The notes under the pieces were generated by a model. The model made no database searches and was not told where the DNA came from. It worked only from the letters and a program-made list of their open reading frames with translations. A stretch of 64,000 nt of DNA from Macrostomum lignano (taxonomy: Eukaryota), in assembly GCA_002269645.1 (NCBI GenBank), contig NIVC01001899.1, positions 159,855-223,854 on the forward strand. Direction: 5' to 3'. A program made the translations under genes and the position numbers. Positions 59,071 through 64,000 of the stretch are shown here, in pieces (the first letter of the stretch is position 1; every line of letters begins with the position of its first letter).

Positions 59071-62000
59071 TTTACAAATATTTTTTTAATTGTGTTTACA
59101 TTGCTCTAATAACATTGCATAGCAAAGTAAAAAATTGTTATCAATAATTTTTTTGGTAGTAAAACTTTTCAATTGATAATTATTCTATTTAGATTTAGTC
59201 TATTAAAAATCTAATAGTTAATGACTATACAAGTGGCTAAGCTTAATTTATCCTATTAGTGGTTGAGCATCAAGTTCTGCTATATTTCATTGCATAACTC
59301 TAAGCAATATTGCAGTTGAAAGTATTAAGTAAAGATGACTAAGCAATTGGTTAGTCTATTGTTAGACACTATGAATATATGAGAAATTCTATCTAAAGTA
59401 AATAATATAGGGCCTAAGTAAAAGTCAATACTCTTTGATTAATAAACTGTGATACTTCATAATTACCTTTTCAATTTTAAGTTATACAATGATTCTTTAT
59501 TTTAAATAAACATAAACATAGATAAACACATGGCTTTATTGTTTCTCCTGCTGTTTTAATTTTGAAAGCCTAGTTAGCCAATATTTGTATATAACTATTT
59601 CAATTGAAATGGACCAAATTGACTATTTTGGTGCAGCTTGCTCAAAAATATATTTTCTATTGAATATAAGCTTTTTATTATAAAGAATCTCTATTAGTAT
59701 TATGAATTATCTTATACTATTTAGCCAATAGAGCTAACAAATTCCCAATATCAACCACCCATTAAAAAAGTAAAATGTTTCTGCTGTACTATACCCATAA
59801 ATTGCACTACTGGAATACCACTGCCAGATCCATAGCCATTAGAAACTGGGTTTTGAGGCCATAACTCTAGCCATTGCCAGCCTAGGCCTAACTAAACTAA
59901 TTTCAAAATCAATCCAAATGTGAAAATGATAGGCCCATTTTCTAGTAAATATTTAAAACTCTTAAATCTGAGTTTTGATGCTCCACCTACCGTGGCCTAT
60001 GCCATGGCCTAACCTTATAATAAAGATTAAAGAAAAGTAACGAAATTATTAGATTAGATTATGGCCATTGGCATTGCCTAGTTCGCTAGTTGTCTATATA
60101 TTAAGTTCAGCGCGTGCGGCACTTTGACTTGCATTTAGGGTTTACTTAACGCCAATGGTTAAAATTATATCCTTCCTATTTCCTTTCCTTTCTAGTCTAG
60201 TCCAAACCTGTTAGACTGGCTCTTCTTTTGAACTTTCATATATTTCGCGGGAGGGCTCGTTCGATTGCCCGCGCTGCGTAAAAAAATTGCATACTTCAAA
60301 GTTTAAAAATACAAATCATTAAACAAAATTTGTACTGCATTAGAAAGAAATGTACGTTATACATCTTATTGATGAAACACAAAACAAAAAACCGTTAATC
60401 AAATGATTTTTCAAAGTATTTAAGAATTTCATGCACATAGTTTTACGCAAAACAAATTTTCTTGTTCTCAATTCGAGTGCACACTCCAAGATGTGGCGCG
60501 AGAAAATTTTAACAAAGACGACTATCTATAAGGATTCTTTGTATACAGGGATGCTTGCTTTTTGGGGGTATTCTTGCTATCTGGGGGATGCTTGCATGCA
60601 GTCTAGGGATGCTTGATTTTAGGGAGACAAGAGGTCAGAGCCTATAATTGTTCGTGTTCACTCAAGCGTGTTACAGCTTTGACAGCTATGCGTTTTACCC
60701 CTAAAGTACTTTGGGATTAGCGATTAGCGATTTCTCTTCATTATCTTCACCTTCTATACTTAATAATGAGCTTTCTAATGTAATTTTTTTCATTAATTTC
60801 TGTCAATCCTACGCGAAAAGTCATAAATCATTTTGTTGCGATTTTGATTGATTTATGGCCGCACCTGTCATGTTTTTACGACCCCGAGGGAACTGATAGG
60901 ATCTCCCGGTCACGTGGTTCTGGGTAGCAACAAGCTTAGCGAATCAGAAAATTCGACGCTCATTTTAACAAATCGACTCAGCCAATCAGAATCGACGTGT
61001 CCCATTATAAAAAACTGCGGTCCAGTTGGCGGCTATTTAAACCGGTGTTTTTGGCCCGCTCGGACGGCATTCCTGGGTGCTACTCCCTGCAAACCTTCTT
61101 GCGACAAGGTGCTACCCTTGGCTCCACCGGCCAGGAATTGACCGTCGTTTCTTGATCCTCGGATTGCGACTTCCCCCCATCATCATCAAGGACGAATCCC
61201 CCGGTCATCAGCAGTGAACATCAAAGCGAAGAGCAACACCTGCTAGCTATCAGCGAAGATTGTGACATCAGCATCATCCCGGGCCTACAGCTGCGAAGCA
61301 CTAAGCCGATTCGGTCAGGCCGTGGATTACCTGGTCTCCGGCTGTTGAGTTTCTGATTGGTTGGGTGAGAGGCTGCCTAGACTTGCTTGATTGGGTGATT
61401 CCTTATCTGTCCCCTGTTTCAGTAGCTGGATTAGGCGCACACTTTTGCTCATTTTGTTCAGTAGTGCTGTAATCGAGGCAGAAGTCATTCAATAATACTG
61501 CTAGAAGTCTAAAACTCCAATTCAATCTGAAGTGTGAAGTGCATCTAAGGAGAAGGTTGAATCTAACAGTTATTTTTATCGGTTTTATTTCTTTGTTCGC
61601 CGATGGCTCAGATGAATAGCTAAGCTAAGTAGGCGCCGCGGTCACAGTGGACCAATGGCAAGGCAGTTCTCAGTCGATCAATCTATCAAATCAGTGAGCA
61701 AAATTGCCAATAGTGCAGAATCGGCTCCAGAGATGTACTTTGTGCACTCTAGGTTAGCCAAGCGGCTCGGGTAATGAATAATGCGGTCTCTGAAGTTCGA
61801 GTTAGTCTATCATCAGCGCTATGAGAGGCTAGTTGGCGCGTTGAAGGCCAAAAGTACAATTCCTCGTATTTAGCAATGTAATAGTACATGTAGCTACCCA
61901 TAGACTCGCCACTGCAAGAATCCCCTGCACAAGTCCCCTCTGTACCTGCATGGCCAATGCGATCAACTCCCACCAGTGTCCCTTACCATCGGCTATGACT

Positions 62001-63319
62001 TCGAGATTGACAGCAAAAAGACACTAGTTGGCAGGTAAGTGCAAAGCCCCTTCTGTCGGAAGCCCGATTTCGAGAGTCCCGCGGTGTGGTGAGCCAGGAC
62101 GTACGGGCTGGTGGCAGCGGGTTAGTTAATCTGCGGATTAACTAATTTCTACCTTCAAAATTCTCCCTGCTCGTCTCTCGCTGTCCCTCTCTTAGCTATA
62201 GGACCTAGACTTCTCGCCACACGATCAAGCTACAATGGGGCTGACCATCTGACAGGAGTGGGGGGCCAGGACTCTAATTGATTTATTTCTGAGACCTGAG
62301 GCCCGAAGGCTTCCCCAAAAGGGGGCCGAAAGGTCGAAACCCATCATATAGATGAGTGTTGTTTTTTATCTTATATCACAAGACTTGACAATGCGCATGA
62401 TGTATTAGGGCAAAAGATCTAAGCTATATTCTCATTAATTAACTGTACATGTTCAATTATAACCTGTAATTGTAAAACAGATGTCATTTTAGATGGCAAA
62501 ATTCGTATTGCTTTTTAAAAATTCTAACGTGTAAATGATGAAGTTCTAATTGAAATAATTAGACACTGGAGTTAATTCTAAAAAATGAACTAAATACTAA
62601 AATTATTTTTGTTCGGATCTTTTTTGTCTTGTTAATCAGTTCGTCAAACAAGTTCGAAATGTCTCCGTTCCAGCACTTGGATCGAAATATTTGCTTAAAC
62701 TTCAGCTGGTTATGAAGTAAATTTGACTCTGGTCTCGCGTGTGTATTTCAATAGCGCTTGTCGTAAATTATACAAAATGTATAGTTCTTCGACCCGTAAG
62801 TGTCATCATCTATATAGTCCATTTACCATGGGCGTCGCCACCGGGGACAGTCTAGGGGGACTATGGCTTCTAGGGAAAAGCTATGGGGAACATGCCAATG
62901 CTTTGTCCCCCCCACCCCACCTTGTTGACCTGTTATGGAAATCAATTTTGCTTCAGGGCGACAAAACATTGCGCCTGCGGCACTAAAATGAGTGTCTGCG
63001 GCGCAAAAATGATCGATGACAACACTGATTCGGAAATAATGTACATGTTGTAATTTAGTCATATACATGTACATGTAGAATTCTGGGCTTTTCCCGCACC
63101 ATAAAATTCATGGCGACGTCCCTGCCATTAATTAATTGTCGTGTGCTTTTAATCTATTATAATAAAACTTACTCCTGCCATTTCATTGAAGATGAACAGC
63201 AAAAATAAACTAAATTTTCAAGTTCTAATGCGTTTGGACAGTTTAAATTGTATTGTCCGGTGAGCTTCCTATTATAAAAATCGACAGTTGCGACAAAAAC
63301 AACAAAATACGCAGCCCCA

Positions 63320-64000
63320 CATGCAAGGTGACAGTTAGAGCAGGGTTCGTCAGATGGCGCGCGCGCCGCAGAGCCTGAGAGCGGACGAAGTCCGCCCCGT
63401 TGGCAGTGTCGGGCGCCCCGGCGTCCTGTAGGAGGCAGTCCACGTATCGACAGGTTTGGGTCTGACCCCGCCTGAGAACGCGGCCTTCAAGGTGAGCAGC
63501 AGGACGTCCTGAACAGGTTGGGGGCAGTAGCCTCGGCCGGATCGCGTGGCCCTCCAGTTGAAGTCGCCGCCGGCGCAGGATGATGGACGGGCGCTGCAGC
63601 TTGGCCCGATCGTACAGGGCCTCGGTCCCGACGCTTTCTTCAGCTCAAAAGGCCGCACGGAGCAGCCCTGAGTGCGCCGAGTCCAGCTGCCGCTCTAGCG
63701 TAGCCGTCAGCGTCCGCGTCTCGGCGTTGTAGAGCAGGACGGTTTCGACCATCGCCTGCCACAGCCGAGCCCTCTGGCGTTCGGGCAGCACTTCGGACTT
63801 GAGGACGGCCCGGATCGAACGGAAGGCCGCCCAGGCAAGTCCTCTGCGCCGCCGGAGGTTCTTCCTTCACGTGAGGCACTGTGATGTCGGCCGGCACAGT
63901 CAGCACCTCGATCTTCAGCGCGTGTTGACAACCAGACTGACGCTCGATGCCACCTCGACCGACCAGCCTGTTGATCTGGCGCTGGGAGCCTTCAACGGAC
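63320..64000 (-). mobile_element. 3' part of an RTE-like non-LTR retrotransposon ORF (decayed), running off the window end
   Basis: RRRGLAWAAFRSIRAVLKSEVLPERQRARLWQAMVETVLLYNAETRTLT..LERQLDSAHSGLLRAAF (RT thumb region) ... YVDCLLQDAGA across frames. Confidence 0.8.

Overview
Eukaryotic (animal) genomic DNA with GT-AG introns, TTAGGG-type repeats, and GC-rich exons among dense micro- and minisatellites and decayed transposons. The style suggests a free-living flatworm such as Macrostomum (inference only). Almost all genes are on the minus strand. In order: the terminal exon of a + strand gene; a 91-aa single-pass membrane ORF; a tandem array of four phospholipid scramblase (PLSCR-family) paralogues; a 3-exon LHFPL/TMHS tetraspan gene; an intronless 1583-aa very large inducible GTPase (VLIG/GVIN1/URGCP family); a 7-exon C2-PDZ-polyQ-PH gene (RGS3 N-terminus/PsGEF-like, with no DH or RGS domain) carrying an antisense intronic tRNA-Ala(AGC); and RPS19, whose intron holds a complete tRNA-derived SINE with a 12-bp TSD. 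Three scramblases are intact and one is a pseudogene. Copies 2-4 carry independently expanded Q-rich tandem-repeat C-terminal tails and have RFX X-box-like motifs upstream. The remainder is non-LTR retrotransposon, piggyBac, mariner, MITE, SINE and Helitron-like relics, two long inverted repeats and many tandem arrays. All gene models were spliced by hand from splice consensus and reading-frame continuity; no database searches were run.
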